64,000 nucleotides of DNA, taken from assembly GCA_951406725.2 (NCBI GenBank), contig OX597838.1, positions 22,692,001 through 22,756,000 on the forward strand. The letters run 5' to 3'. The DNA is from Octopus vulgaris (Eukaryota). Below, piece after piece: positions 39,171-53,244 of the stretch. The position numbers were made by a program, and so were the translations under genes. Under the pieces are notes generated by a model that saw nothing but the letters and a program-made list of their open reading frames with translations, did not search any database and was not told the origin of the DNA. Position 1 is the stretch's first letter; the number at the start of each line of letters is the position of its first letter.

Positions 39171-39634
39171 AAAGAAAAAAATTCGAAGAGAAAGCAGATA
39201 CATGTGTGATGTCTGCAAGATAATTTGTGTGTAACTCCTTGTTTTAAAAATTATCATTCTAAATAAACTGTCTATCTCATTTTTTAAAAATTTTCCTTTG
39301 ATTTAAAAGCAAAACATCTTATAAAAAAATCGAAGATAGTTAAGTTATATGTATTTTTTCAATGTCCGAGTTAACTCGTTTAAATCCAAATGAGTAAAAA
39401 TACATTTTAATTTCCATAATAAAAAATAAAGGAAACAAGATGAAAAAAAAACTTTTTTTTTTGTAATTAACACAGTGTATATAATTAGAAAAGGAAATTA
39501 AAGAAATATGCTCTGAAATGAAACGCCATGTCAAAATAATTGATCAATTGAGGGGTTAATAATGTCTGTTTGTTAAGGGGTAAGATTGACCTGGGGTTAA
39601 ACGGCACCGGCGATCTACAAACAATACTATCAAA

Positions 39635-40030
39635 AGGCGGTGAGCTGGCAGAACCGTTTATCATGCCGGACGAAATGCTTAGCGGCATTTCGTGTGTCAT
39701 TACGTTCTGAGTTCAAATTCCACCGAGGTCGACTTAGCCTTTCATTCTTTCTGGGTCGATGAAATAAGCACCAGTGAAACACTGGAATCGATGTAATCGA
39801 TTTCTCCGCCCCTCTAAATCACTGGCCTTGTGCCTGGCAAGCCTGTTAGCATGCCGGACTAGATGCTTAGCGGCATTTCGTCCGGCTGTACGTTGTGAAG
39901 TTTAAATTCCACTGAGGTTGACTTTGCCTTTCATCTTTTCGAGGTCAATAAAATAAGCACCAGTGAGACACTGGGGTCATTATGTAATCGACTTAGCCCC
40001 CTCCCCTCGAAAGTGCTGGCTTTGTTACTA
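39635..40030 (+). mobile_element. Two tandem SINE family B copies
   Basis: Heads at ~39635 and ~39835. Confidence 0.75.
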
Positions 40031-40217
40031 AAAGAATAACAGTCGTAAGAGTACAGCCAACACCAATAGCAACAACAACAACAACAGCAGCAGCAACAAG
40101 GCTAACACTAGCACACAGCCACAACACTAACTCCACCACTAACGCCAACAGCATCAATAAATAACTACAACCACCACCAACAGCAGCACCACCACCATCA
40201 ACACAACCATCATCATC

Positions 40218-40248
<31 letters not shown>

Positions 40249-40295
40249 ACACCATTACCACTTCCGTCAACACCAATACCACTACCACAAACTCG

Positions 40296-40326
<31 letters not shown>

Positions 40327-40737
40327 TCATCATCGTCATCATCGTTACCAGCAACAACACCACCGCGATCACCGCCACCACCAAAATCAAACTATACCGC
40401 CATCACCATAATCGTCATCATCACCACCGCAACCATCACCACCACAACCATCACCACCACCACTACCACCACTACCGCCGCCGCCACCGCCACTACAGTC
40501 TCTACTATCGGCCTCATCATCACCATCACCATCACCATCACCATCACCACCACAATAACAAACAACAACAGCAATTATAAAAGATGTCTCCATCCATTCC
40601 AATTAAACTTAATAAAATGTCACCACCATGTGGCGCCACTGTTCCTCCAAAAGGTCACATTAACAGATCTTTAATTATTAATACATAATTCTAATTGGAT
40701 CCAGCTGCCCTTTGGTGCTGTTGCTGCTCATTCTAAT

Positions 40738-41260
40738 GGTGGTGGTGGTCCTGAGGATTGCGGTGGTGGTGGTGGTAGTGGTGGTGGTCCTGAGGATTGC
40801 GGTGGTGGTGGTGGTGGTAGTGGTGGTGGTCCTGATGATGGCGGTGGTGGTGATGGTGGTCCTGAGGATTGCGGTGGTGGTGGTGGTGATAGTGGTGGTG
40901 GTCCGGAGGATGGCGGTGGTGGTGATGGTGGTCCTGAGGATTGCGGTGGTGGTGGTCCTGAGGATGGCGGTGGTGGTGGTCCTGAGGATGGTGGTGGTCC
41001 TGAGGATGGCGGTGGTGGTGATGGTGGTCCTGAGGATTGCGGTGGTGGTGGTGGTGGTAGTGGTGGTGATCCTGAGGATTGCGGTGGTGGTGGTGGTAGT
41101 GGTGGTGGTCCTGAGAATTGCGGTGGTGGTGGTGGTAGTGGTCCTGAGGATTGCGGTGGTGGTGGTCCTGAGGATTGCGATGGTGGTGTTGGTAGTGGTG
41201 GTGGTCCTGAGGATTGCGGTGGTGGTGGTGGTAGTGGTGGTGGTCCTGAGGATGGCAGTG
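40738..41260. repeat. Variable-length minisatellite (GGT)n-CCTGAGGAT(T/G)GC
   Basis: About 18 CCTGAGGAT-type anchors separated by GGT runs; unit lengths are multiples of 3. Confidence 0.9.
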
Positions 41261-41974
41261 GTGCTGGCGGTGATGAGGATTGTGGTGATGGTGGTGCTAC
41301 TGTTGCTGGTTCTGGTGGTGGTGGCGGTGGTGGTGGTGAGGGTGATGGTGGTGATTTTGAGGTGGTGATTTTGGTGGTGAGGGTGGCGGTAAGGATGGTG
41401 GCAGTAGTGAGAGTGTAGGTAGTGAGTGGTGGTGACGTGAGTGGTGGAGGTGTTCTTGATGGTGGTGGTGGTGGTGGTGGTGTTGTGGTGACCGTGTTCA
41501 GAATGGTCATCCAGATCAAACAACCAAGAAGGGATGCCGTTGCTGCCGTGGCTACTGCTGCTGCTGTTGAAGTATTTATTTACCACCACCACCACCTCGT
41601 TGCTGGTCATTGCTGGTCAAATAGGACCATAGAACATGGTCTATCGGCCAAACATCTATTAGATCCTTCGACCTTTTGATGTGTGCCAGGGTCTTCAGAA
41701 TGTTGGTTTCATAGCACGAACACGTATTCGCACACATGCACATGAGTAGATACATATATGTGTGTATATATAGTAGTTTTATTGTAGGGGAGTAAAAGTA
41801 TTCAATACAGATAAAGAGTGAAATATAATTAATTTAATAAAATCAACAAATTTCACCTAGTAGTATTTCGGTATGGAAAAGGACCATATTCGGTAAACAT
41901 TTATATAATTATAATAAGGGTTTTTTGCAACAAATTGCTTAAACCACACACCGAAAATATTAGAAATAGCAGTT

Positions 41975-42135
41975 CGCAGACAACAGGTGGACTCGTGCAG
42001 TTGCCGAGAGGTACCCAAGAGATCGGAAAAAATATCACTTGGAAGGCCTCCATGACGACGTGAAAACGGTTTGGTCAAGCAAGTTGGAAAAGAATGGCGC
42101 AATCAGGACAGAATTGGAAGCGGTGTATAACAGCA
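41975..42135 (+). mobile_element. RTE-clade LINE C-terminal remnant
   Basis: DNRWTRAVAERYPRDRK/LGRPP..VKQVGKEWRNQDR, frameshifted. Confidence 0.6.
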
Positions 42136-42678
42136 TTTGAAGGTCTGGTCGTTAGAGAGATACAGTGACGGAAATGTTTAAGATCACATCCAAGAAATCA
42201 ACTAGTTTCAAGTTGGCCTCTATCGTGACTTTGAGCTCAAGAGAATTAAGGGTATGAATTAGGTCCTTCTTGGGGCTATCGATAGAACTTTTTCCACCGG
42301 AACGCTGTTTCATCTATTTATTTCGTTCTGTTTTTTTTTTTATTATTATAACAACTCTGTGACGTTTCCAGGCTTTCCAGCAGAAAGATCCGAGGCTACA
42401 CATTATCATTGTTATGTCCGATGATTGCTAAACTTGCCTCTACTTTTCTGGCATGAAACCGTTTGGTAAAATATACTGGCTATCATGAGACTAAATTATT
42501 ATATAATAAATAATCGTGTGTGAGAGTGAGTGTGTGAGTGCCTGTGTATTTGTGTGCGCGCATGTGTGTGTGTGTGTGTGTGTGTTCGTTTGCATGTATA
42601 TCTATAGTAACTACAATACCAACAACTTCATTCTTCACTTATATATGAGTGTCTGTGTTTGTGCGTATATATATATAT

Positions 42679-42729
<51 letters not shown>

Positions 42730-43210
42730 TTCGTACACAAAATGCTAAACATAAAATATACATTAGAATTTCAACACACGCTTCCCCACATAATACACAC
42801 ACACATATGAATATAGACGCAGACACTTATATACGAATGTATTAGACGCAGACATACACACACACACACAAATACATACGCAAACAATAACATGAATAAA
42901 CAAATAAATAAACAGACATATGAATAAATAAATAAATAAATAAATAAATAACCGATATGCCACAGTCGAGAAGGGGGGGATCAGTTTTATGTCATTATTT
43001 CGTCTCATTTATTAATCTTATATTAATTCATATATTTACCTTCATTTTCTTTGCATATGGATGACATTTAGCTCCCGTTTCGTCATCACCAGTTATCGTC
43101 TGCTTATCTATCCCTCTGATATTTCTGCTCGCCTTCTAAACACCTCTTCCAAACACCTTTTTCTAATACGTGTGGTAGGTATACATATCTATATCCATAG
43201 ATATTATATA

Positions 43211-43263
<53 letters not shown>

Positions 43264-43369
43264 AGCCATATGTGAGTAGATATATGTCTGCATGTGTGTA
43301 AGCGCGTTGAGGATTCCTTGTCCTTCTTTAACGATACGTACGTGTGTGTTTGTATGTATGTGTATATGT

Positions 43370-43448
<79 letters not shown>

Positions 43449-43564
43449 ATGTGTGCATGGACTAAGCATACTCTTGTCTTCTTTTACGTCAGATTTATAA
43501 ATATTTTCACATTTTTTTAATATAAAGTATCATATTACATCATATTATATTTTCATAACTCTGA

Positions 43565-43614
<50 letters not shown>

Positions 43615-43686
43615 ATTCAAAGTTATGAAAATTATCGACTGCAAGCTAATACATCAACTACGATTATATATATATATGCTAAAGTA

Positions 43687-43728
<42 letters not shown>

Positions 43729-44058
43729 CTGATTTGCACACAGACAGACAGAGAGATGGAGGGAAATGGGAAGATGGATGACTGAGAGCGAGTTCTACTT
43801 TCACTGAATGTGAATTGCAAAACTATATACATGTGTATGTGTGTGTGTGTATTATGAGAGTGTGTGCGTATTATGAGTGTGTGTGTGTGTATGTAGGTGT
43901 CTGTACAAAAAGGCCCAGGTCTGGCTGGGTGATTAAGAAGCTTGCTTCCCAACCGTACGGTCTTGCTTTCAATTCTACTACATGGCAACCTTGAGCAAGT
44001 GTCGTTTACTATAGGTTCGGGTTGACCAAAGCCTTGTGAGTAGATCTGGTAGATCTGG

Positions 44059-44447
44059 TACTTGTTTCAGTCATTTGACTGCGGCCATGCTGGAGCACCA
44101 CCTTTAATCGAGCAACTCGACCCCGGGACTTATTCTTTGTAAGCCCAGTACTTATTCAATCGGTCTCTTTTGCCGAACCGCTAGGTGTCGGGGAAGTAAA
44201 CACCAGCATCGGTTGTCAAGCAATGCTAGGGGGACAAACACAGACACACAAACACACACGCACATAATATATATACATATATACGACGGGCTTCTTTCAG
44301 TTTCCGTCTACCAAATCCACTCGCAAGGCTTTGGTCGGCCCGAGGCTATAGTAGAAGACACTTGCCAAAGGTGCCATACAGTGGGACTGAACCCGGAACC
44401 ATGTGGTTGGTAAGCAAGCTACTTACCACACAGCCACTCCTACACCT
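44059..44447 (-). mobile_element. SINE family A
   Basis: Reverse complement of family A. A diverged + strand head lies at 43912-44050. Confidence 0.85.
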
Positions 44448-44504
44448 ATGTAAACAAACAAGTTTGTTTTTTGAAGCGTTGAAATATATTGTAGAACAAT
44501 ACGT

Positions 44505-44885
44505 TTGGCACAAGGTGAGCAATTTTGGAGAATGGAGAAAGTCGATTAAATTAACTCCAGTGCATGACTGGTACTTATTTAATCGACCCCGAAAGGATGA
44601 AAGGCAAAGTCGACCTCGGCGGAATTTGAACTCAGAACATAAAGACGGACAAAATGCCGATAAGCATTTTTTCCGGTTTCAGTATTAATATTCTTTTCTA
44701 CTCTAGGCACAAGCCCCCGAAATTTCTGGGAAGGGGACCAGCCGATTAGATCGACCCCAGAACGCAACTAGTACTTAATTTATCGACCCCGAAAGGATGA
44801 AAGGCAAAGTCGACCTCGGCGGAATTTGAACTCAGAACGTAAAGACGGACGAAAAGCCGATAATTATTTTGTCCGGTTTGAGTAT
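44505..44885 (-). mobile_element. Two tandem SINE family B copies with different tails
   Basis: GAAAGGATGAAAGGCAAAGTCGACCTCGGCGG occurs twice. Confidence 0.8.
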
Positions 44886-45032
44886 TAATATTATTGATGC
44901 TCTCATCATCGTGGTCGTTGTAGTAGTCGTCATCATCATCATCATCATCATAATCCTCCTCTTCCTCCTCCAATTCTGCCTCGTCATCATCACTGCTGTC
45001 ATCATCATCATCATCATCATCAGCATCATCAG

Positions 45033-45069
<37 letters not shown>

Positions 45070-45070
45070 G

Positions 45071-45119
<49 letters not shown>

Positions 45120-45279
45120 TATCGTCATCATCCTCATCATCGTCATCATCATCATCATTCAGCTCACTATTATTAAGATAATATCAGTGCATCCTGATAC
45201 ATAGACACACACACGAACGCACACAAACATATGTGTATGTATGTATATATGTATATACAAACATATGTGTATGTATGTA

Positions 45280-45332
<53 letters not shown>

Positions 45333-45511
45333 GTGTGTGTGTACGTATGTATATATGTGTGTATACATGTGTGTGTATGTACATTCTATACATATGCATA
45401 TATATATATATATATATATATTGGTTATGTATATATATATATATATATAGTGTGTGTGTGTGTGTGTGTATATACATACAAATATAAAAATTTATATATA
45501 TGTATATACGA

Positions 45512-45634
<123 letters not shown>

Positions 45635-45793
45635 CAAATATATAAATTTATATATATGCATATACGAATATATATGTGTGTGTGTGTGTGTATATATACC
45701 TGTCTGTATGCATATATATATACATATACATATATATATACACACATATATATATATATTTATATGCACACATACATTCTCTTTCCTTTATTG

Positions 45794-45824
<31 letters not shown>

Positions 45825-46215
45825 TCTCTTCTCTTCTCTCCTCTCTCTCGGATATGAGAACGGAAGTCTCAAAAGTGCTCCAATGTTTCTTGAGTTCCCC
45901 CGGATATAATACAACTCCGACTACTCCTGGTAGTTAAACAAAGCAGCTGTCAAAACCCTGGCTTCTGATTGGCTGAGCGTTTCCCTATACGTCAATAGAC
46001 AATGCAGAGTGAAAATCCCGATTGACTTCGTACCTCCTCATCGGTTGCGATAGCAAACACGACACTCAGCACCGGCAGGGATGTGTAATGAGAAATTTGT
46101 TTCCCAACCACATGGTACCGGGTTCAGTCCCACTGCGTGGCGCCCTGAGCAAGTGTCTTCTACTACAGTCTCGGGCTGACCAAAGCCTTGTGGGTGGATT
46201 TGGTAGAAAGAAACC

Positions 46216-46456
46216 CGACGAGTTGGCAGAAACGTTAACACGCCGGGCGAAATGCTTAGCGGTATTTCGTCTGCGTTACGTTGTGAGTTCAAAAACCGCC
46301 GAGGTCGACTTTGCCTTTCATCCTTTCGGGGTCGATAAATTAAGTACCAGTTACGCACTGGGGTCGATGTAATCGACTTAATACCTATGTCTGTCCTTGT
46401 TTGTCCCCTCTGTGTTTAGCCCCTTGTGGGTAATAAAGAAATAGGTATTTCGTCCG
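46216..46456 (+). mobile_element. SINE family B, adjoining a family A head (46072-46210)
   Basis: Near-consensus family B. Confidence 0.85.
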
Positions 46457-46612
46457 CTAACCCACGGGGACATAAACACACCAACATTGGGTATCAAGCG
46501 GGTGTGCCAGATAAACACAGCCAGAAACACACACATACACACGCGTGCACGCCCGCACACACACACACAAATGCAAACACTCACATATATACATACGGTT
46601 TCTTTCAGTTTC

Positions 46613-46843
46613 TTATTTCTTTATTGCCCACAAGGGGCTAAACATAGAGGGGACAACAAGGACAGACAAACGGATCAAGGCGATTACATCGACCCCAGTG
46701 CGTGACTGGTACTTATTTAATCGACCCCGAAAGGAGGAAAGGCAAAGTCGACCTCGGCGGAATTTGAACTCAGAACGTAGCGGCAGACGAAATACCGCTA
46801 AGCATTTCGTCCGGCGTGCTAACGATTCTGCCAGCTCGCCACC
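46613..46843 (-). mobile_element. SINE family B, full length
   Basis: Near-consensus family B, inverted relative to the 46216 copy. Confidence 0.85.
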
Positions 46844-47304
46844 TTACATTGTACACAGTATTATCAAAGTGATGATGATGCGGACCTCCTTAATGCATGA
46901 GGACTTCTAGGGCAACCAAGGATCACCATAAAACCCCCTCCATCTCCGAGTCACCTGCTCACCAGGAAAACAATGGCAAATGTTCTGCTCTTCACCGTAA
47001 TTTTCAGCATTCAAGCGCATGTACAGAATAGGTCCACCCACTTGTGTCATTCGGGCCACACTCACCCACCGTCTTACAAAATTACTTGGGTAGGAGACAA
47101 CACCTCTTCCTCCACCTTTACTGTCCCTTCCAAGTGGAACTTGAAAATGTAAATGAAAGCTTGACGGAGAAAGGAACGTGTCTGTTTTCAGACCTTTTAG
47201 TCGTGTCCACTACACAATATCCATTTTACAATAGGTACCACACTTAGGAAGATTGTCTGCTCTTTCTGGCCAAAAGAAAGTGGCGGGGAGATCTTCAAGA
47301 GCTG

Positions 47305-47975
47305 AGGGTGTCTTGGCATCACTCACCAAATTCTCCGACTATCTATCTGCGGCTTTATATAGCTATGGTAAGACCTCACCTGGAGTTTGCATCACCGGTC
47401 CGGAACCCCTATCTTGCCCAGGATATCAATCGTCAGGAAGCCGTTCAGCGACGTGCAACCAAAAGAATACCCTCCATCAGGCATTTGCCATATTCTGAAC
47501 GCCTTACTTCCCAGGACATGGACACATTGAAACTCAGACGTCTGGCAGCTGTACTTGGCAGACACCCATAAAATTATCAACCATCTTACAAACAATAACT
47601 CTGAGCACCTTTTCAAACTCCACCCGTCTAACACCCGTGGACATATTTACAAAGTCAGAAAACAGCACAGCTCCCATGACTTTCGGAAACATTTTTTCAC
47701 ACTGAGAGTTGCTGAAGCATGGAGCAAACTGCCGGCATCAGTTGTTAGTTGTCGGAGCAGTGCATCCTTCAAAACTTCCATGCTTTCTGAGATTCGCCAA
47801 CACTACACCTGATTTTCTCCCCTCCATACACACACAAGCATGTATCTGACTCATACATTGTTCGCTTTCCAGACATTTGTACATTACTGCATGTACTTTA
47901 TACGCACTTTCTGACAAGTTGTGGTGCACCTGAGCACTGTATACAATAATTTCATTATTATTATTATTATTATTA
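47305..47975 (+). mobile_element. CR1-clade LINE 3' end (ORF2 C-terminus, 3'UTR, (ATT)n tail)
   Basis: LYIAMVRPHLEFASPVRNPY..VQRRATKRIP..YSERL and TRGHIYKV..RKHFFTLRVAEAWSKLP, one frameshift. Confidence 0.92.
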
Positions 47976-48139
47976 TGGCGTCTGTCGATAGCTAGATCCG
48001 TCTCATGCGGCACAGCTGTTTGGAATAACTCTACAAGCATTACAATTGCAGGAAAGATAGTTGTTTACATGGAATGGATGTTGCAATCGGTTAAACTTCG
48101 TACCATAACCCGTGTTGTAGGAGGAGAAGCATTCTTGCC

Positions 48140-48300
48140 CCTCCTGTTATGGCCTTCCAGGTTGTTGGCATCTGGTTGCTGTTGTTATTCGAGATACGAT
48201 TTCTAAACAGAGACCCCAGTTACTGGAAATTGAACGCGTCGTTTCCGGTAGGGAATACACCTCATGGGACCAAGCTTATTAGCGAGGAAGTAAGAAGGAA
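48140..48300 (+). mobile_element. Possible L1/Tx1 remnant
   Basis: PSYWKLNASF resembles the G(Y)WKLN motif following the Tx1/L1 endonuclease. Single short motif only. Confidence 0.3.
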
Positions 48301-49389
48301 CTGGCAGTGGTTGCTGCTAATAATAAAAGATGGGGGGAGGGAATGGTGTAGATGGTAATGATGATGGTAGTAGGGGTCTTGGCAGCGGTGGTGATGGTAG
48401 GGGGTGGGGTGATAATGAGAATGTAAGCAGTCGTAATGATGATGACGGTGGTGGTGGTGGTGATGGTTGCGATGATGGGGATAATACGAGTGGTGGTGGC
48501 GGTGGTGGTCGTGGTAGTATTGCTAACGAAGATGATAGTGGTGGTGGTGGTGGTGGTGATAGTGGTGGTCGTGGTCGTGGTCGTGGTCGTGGTGGTCGTG
48601 GTAGTATTGCTAACGAAGATGATAGTGATGGTGGTGGTGGTGGTGGTGGTGGTGGTGGTGGTGGTGGTGGTGATGGTGGTAGTGGTGGTGATAGTAGCAG
48701 TTGTGATGATCAGGATGGTTGCGGCGATTGTGGTGGTGACGGCGATGGTGGCGTATGTGGGAGTAGTGGAGTGCTGGTAGTGGTGGTGTTGGTGGTGGTA
48801 TGACGATGGTAGTGGTGGGGTGATGATGATGATGGCAATAGTGATGATGGCGGCTACAGGCAAAATGCCTATCGCTGCCATCATCACCACCACCATCATC
48901 ATCATCTGATGTAGAAAATTTTGGCGTCCAAAAACAAAATCACCAAATAACAAAGAACGAACCATGGTAAATGATAGGTTAGAGAGAAAGAAAGACAGAA
49001 TGAAAGAGAATGAAAGAGAAAGAGAGAGAACGAGATATTAAGTGGAAGAATGGGGAGGAGTGGTAGATGGTGTTTTGGAATGAAAATAATTCCACAGGAC
49101 AATTCTTCCGAATGCAAAAACTAGATGGAATTCGGTCGACCCCAGACAACACCCATCACCTCGTTGTGTCGGTGTCATTACAATGTCACTTGATCTGCTA
49201 AAACAAGGCACCAAATTCCTCTTAAATAATATCTTTCCTTCTTTAAAAAAAAAAAAAAAAGAAACGGTACCAAAGATGTTCTAGAATCGTAAGTGCAGAA
49301 CCGAGATTTGCTTAGCCAGGTCCAAAATATTTTTACAAACAAGGTCGATTTTTTATATCAAAACAAACACAGGTACAACAACAACAACA

Positions 49390-49422
<33 letters not shown>

Positions 49423-49423
49423 T

Positions 49424-49850
49424 TTGCTTGTCAGTTGTTTGACCTTAACCAGTTGAGCATGTCCCTTAGTGACTGACGATATGTGCATCTCTGATCACGA
49501 GCAGAAGTAGTGGGGGAGCATCATAGCCATGTGTTGAGAGGGATTCTTTGGGGTTTGAATAATTCACCTCTGGAAATATGGGTGGTTCTTTCATCACCCT
49601 TAAACAATCCTTATTCAGGGATCGTTTGAGCGGGATGGGATACTCAACCTGGAGAAAATTCTAACTGGGCCCCACCTGCAAGGTCATGCGCTGTTTATCT
49701 TGATATGAGATCACCATATCGCGCACATATGGTTGTGATGCATGTGCCTGGTGTACCCTTATCAGACGGGTAGTCATGATGGGTATGCTGGGTTTCGTAT
49801 ATTTTACCCCAGTGTCACTTTGATGGCATGCACTGCTCTCTCACTCAATA
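49424..49850 (+). mobile_element. Family C repeat, 5' truncated, in (AAT)n
   Basis: Reverse complement of the other copies; ends CTCTCTCACTCAATAATAAT, with AAT also on the 5' side. Confidence 0.8.
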
Positions 49851-50109
49851 ATAATAATAATAATAATGACGATTATGGTCGCTCCCATCGGTTTTAACGT
49901 AGGAGTGTTTGAAGGAGAGGACTTAGGGTTAAGTTAAAGAGAGTAATAGAAAGGAAGAACCACTAAGAAGCTGCATCTACTTGTGATGGCTGCGTGAATG
50001 TAATTTGAGTCCAAGAATGGATCTTGAAATGAAGTCACAATGGGGACACTGATTTTTTTTATTTTACCCAGAATTAGACAAATGTATCTGCTGTTTGCAG
50101 GATATAGCT

Positions 50110-51110
50110 ATTTTATCGTTCTTTTTCTTCAACTCAAATTGTTTGGATGCATCGTGACACATTTTATGCCATGCACATCAATCAAGGCGATGGCTTTCCC
50201 AAAATATCAAGCCGTAGAGATTTTAGTGATCGCTTCAACTAATCCTTATACCTATTTCTTTACTACCCACAAGGGGCTACACACAGAGAGAACAAACAAG
50301 GACAGACAAACGGATTAAGTCGATTATACCGACCCCAGTGTGTAACTGATACTTATTTAATCGACCCCGAAAGGATGAAAGGCAAAGTCGACCTCGGCGG
50401 AATTTGAACTCAGAACGTAACGGCAGACGAAATACCGCTAAGCATTTCGACGGCGTGCTAACATTTCTGCCAGCTCGCCGCCTTCCAACCTATCCTTATA
50501 CCTAACGACAGGTCTTCCCTTGCCGTGATATCCCGCTGCTTGTTGACCATACACAAGAATTTTTGGAATACAGCCATTTTTCATTCGAACTACATGTCCT
50601 ACCCATTTGCACTGAATCCTCAGCTGGATGCTTTGAATTCTGGAGATATCACATTTTTCTAAGATTTTGATATTACATATTTGATATCTTATCTTGCCAT
50701 TTTGTTGCATATGTCACGCAAACAGCACATGTGAAAGGTTTCAGGTTTCTTTATATGTCTGTAGTAGGGAATCCATACTTCTACTCCATACAAAAGTGTG
50801 CTCAAAATACAAGATCTGTATACACATATTTTAGTTTTCAGACTAACGCCATGTTCATTCCACAAACGAAAGTTTTCCAAAAGCATTTGTAACCTTAGAT
50901 ATTCTAACACTGATTACGTCATGAAGAGTACTTTTAAAGTTTACTGTACTTCCAAGATATTTAAATGAGCTGACCCATTTGGGTAGCTTGATGTCTATCA
51001 TCACGTTTAAGTCGTGAGTATGTCCTGCCCCAGGCTTTGGTTGGAAAACACTTTAGTCTTCTTGATTCTGACAGTGAGTCCAAATGCACGAGCTGCCGCA
51101 GCAACCTTTG
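50110..51110 (-). mobile_element. RTE (BovB-like) LINE RT C-terminal remnant, interrupted by SINE B
   Basis: FGLTVRIKKTKV, VYRSCILSTLLYGVEVW, WVGHVVRMKNGCIPKILVYG..GRPVVRYKD; continues LKRSLK beyond the SINE. Confidence 0.88.
50255..50482 (-). mobile_element. SINE family B, full length
   Basis: Flanks share ATCCTTATACCTA (50242-50254 and 50492-50504) within an imperfect ~22-bp duplication. Confidence 0.85.
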
Positions 51111-51188
51111 TGGTGTACAAAACAAACAGATGTATTAGTATAGCGCTCAGGAATAGAAAAAGTCTTTCACGTTTCGACCCTACGCTCT

Positions 51189-51219
<31 letters not shown>

Positions 51220-51457
51220 AGTAAAAAATAAATACAGACATGGACAAGAACATGAAACACCAAAGAGACGACACAAGAACCACAGGACGGGACATTCGAA
51301 GCCCTCAGTCATCAGACAAGAACCAGATCATCTTCGCAATTTCGGCAATATATATATATAACGGGAAGCTTTATGAAAATAAACAAAAGACGAAGGCAGG
51401 TGGAATACAAACAAACAAGTGTATTAGTATGGCACTCAGGAATATAAATAAAACAAG

Positions 51458-51495
51458 TCTTTTACGTTTCGAGCCTACGCTCTTCAACAGAAAGA
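51458..51495 (-). ncRNA. Minimal hammerhead variant (core CUGUUGA)
   Basis: TCTTT-CTGTTGA-A-GAGC(GTAG)GCTC-GAA-ACGT-A-AAAGA. Truncated sibling at 51120-51190. Confidence 0.6.
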
Positions 51496-51599
51496 TACAC
51501 AGAAAAGAAACACGGAGAGAAACAAGGAGAGAAAAAAATGCGTGCAGAAGCTAGCGAATCAACATGGCGATATATATATATATATATATATCAGTATAG

Positions 51600-51902
51600 A
51601 GTGAGGAGGAAAAGCTTGGCGCTGTACGGAAGACTCTCGATAGTTAGCTCGGAAATAACACAAAGGAGACTGGGGTTAACTTGACATGCTCACCGTCATT
51701 CCGAGTTGATACTGTATCCAGTACTCCTGTGGGAAACCCTACACGGACACACTAGAAGAGAGAGACCGAGGATGACATATGCTGAGCTGATACCCTAAGG
51801 ACAGCCACTGGTCTCTGGGAGACACGGGACATGGCAGCGATGATGAGGGACAAAGATCGCTGGAGAGAACTTGTCCATGGATCTTGGGAATTTTACCCGC
51901 CC

Positions 51903-51905
<3 letters not shown>
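51600..51905 (+). mobile_element. RTE-like LINE 3' end with (TAGA)n tail
   Basis: [52 protein letters not shown]. Confidence 0.7.
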
Positions 51906-51983
<78 letters not shown>

Positions 51984-51984
51984 G

Positions 51985-52060
<76 letters not shown>

Positions 52061-52888
52061 TGTTTCTTTATTAGCCACACAGGGTTGCACACAGACGGGA
52101 CAGATTACAAAGTAGAGCTTTTCTTTTTTTGGAAAAAAAAATAAAATAAAAAGTGGGGTAGGATTTCGATCAAAATGGATCGTGAAAGGGAAAGAAGAAA
52201 AAAAGAAAAAAATGGAAATAAACAAAAGAAAAGAAAAAAGGAGAAAGCAAAGGAAAAAGGGGGAAATGAAAAAAAAACGATCAATAGGGATCGTGTATCA
52301 CAGTGTCATGATGTACGGTGTAAAGGGGGAAGCAGATAAGGTTTATCCGTGGGAAGAAAAGCCTACGGAAAAGACCACGGTAACCTCGGTCAATATTGTT
52401 ACATGTTACCACAGATAGATAGATAGATATGGAGAGAAAGATGGAGCAGACAACAGCCTTGATGTTTTTATGTAACATATATATAAAATAGAGATCAACT
52501 GGTCTGGTTTCAGTCCTCGGTTGGTATCTCGTCACTGACTGAATAACCACTTTTAAATGTTCAGGGAGATAGATACTGCTTATATAAAGCTAATATTGCT
52601 AAGGGTTAAGTAAACCGGTTAAACCGATCTGCCTGTCTTAACGCATTCTTGAGCAGCTGATTCGGTTAATAATCGACTGACGCGTTAAGAGGGTTCGCTT
52701 TCAAGGTGTGTGTGTGTGTGTAATGGGTTTCACAGCATTTATGTGTGTGTGTGTGTGTGTGTGTAATGGGTTTCACAGCATTTATGTCTCTATTCATTCA
52801 TTCGTTCGTTCCTTCATTCCCATCTTACAGTGCACACACATACATGCATGCATGCATGTATATATACGTGTGTGTGTATATATACGTA

Positions 52889-52979
<91 letters not shown>

Positions 52980-52983
<4 letters not shown>

Positions 52984-53210
52984 CTTTACTACCCACAAGG
53001 GGCTAAACACAGAGGGGACAAACAAGGACAGACAAAGAGATTAAGTCGATTACATCGACCTCCAGTGCGTAGCTGGTACTTAATTTATCGACCCCGGAAG
53101 GATGAAAGGCAAAGTCGACCTCGGCGGAATTTGAACTCGGAACGTAACGGCAGACGAAATACGGCAACGCATTTCGCCCGGTGTGCTAACGTTTCTGCCA
53201 GCTCGCCGCC
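52980..53210 (-). mobile_element. SINE family B, full length, in (TA)n
   Basis: Near-consensus family B. Confidence 0.85.
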
Positions 53211-53244
53211 TATATGTATATATATAATATATATATGTATGTGA

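Noticed and set aside
43090-43105. 16-mer CAGTTATCGTCTGCTT also at 56265-56280
   Set aside because: Flanks do not align and a single match of this length could be chance.
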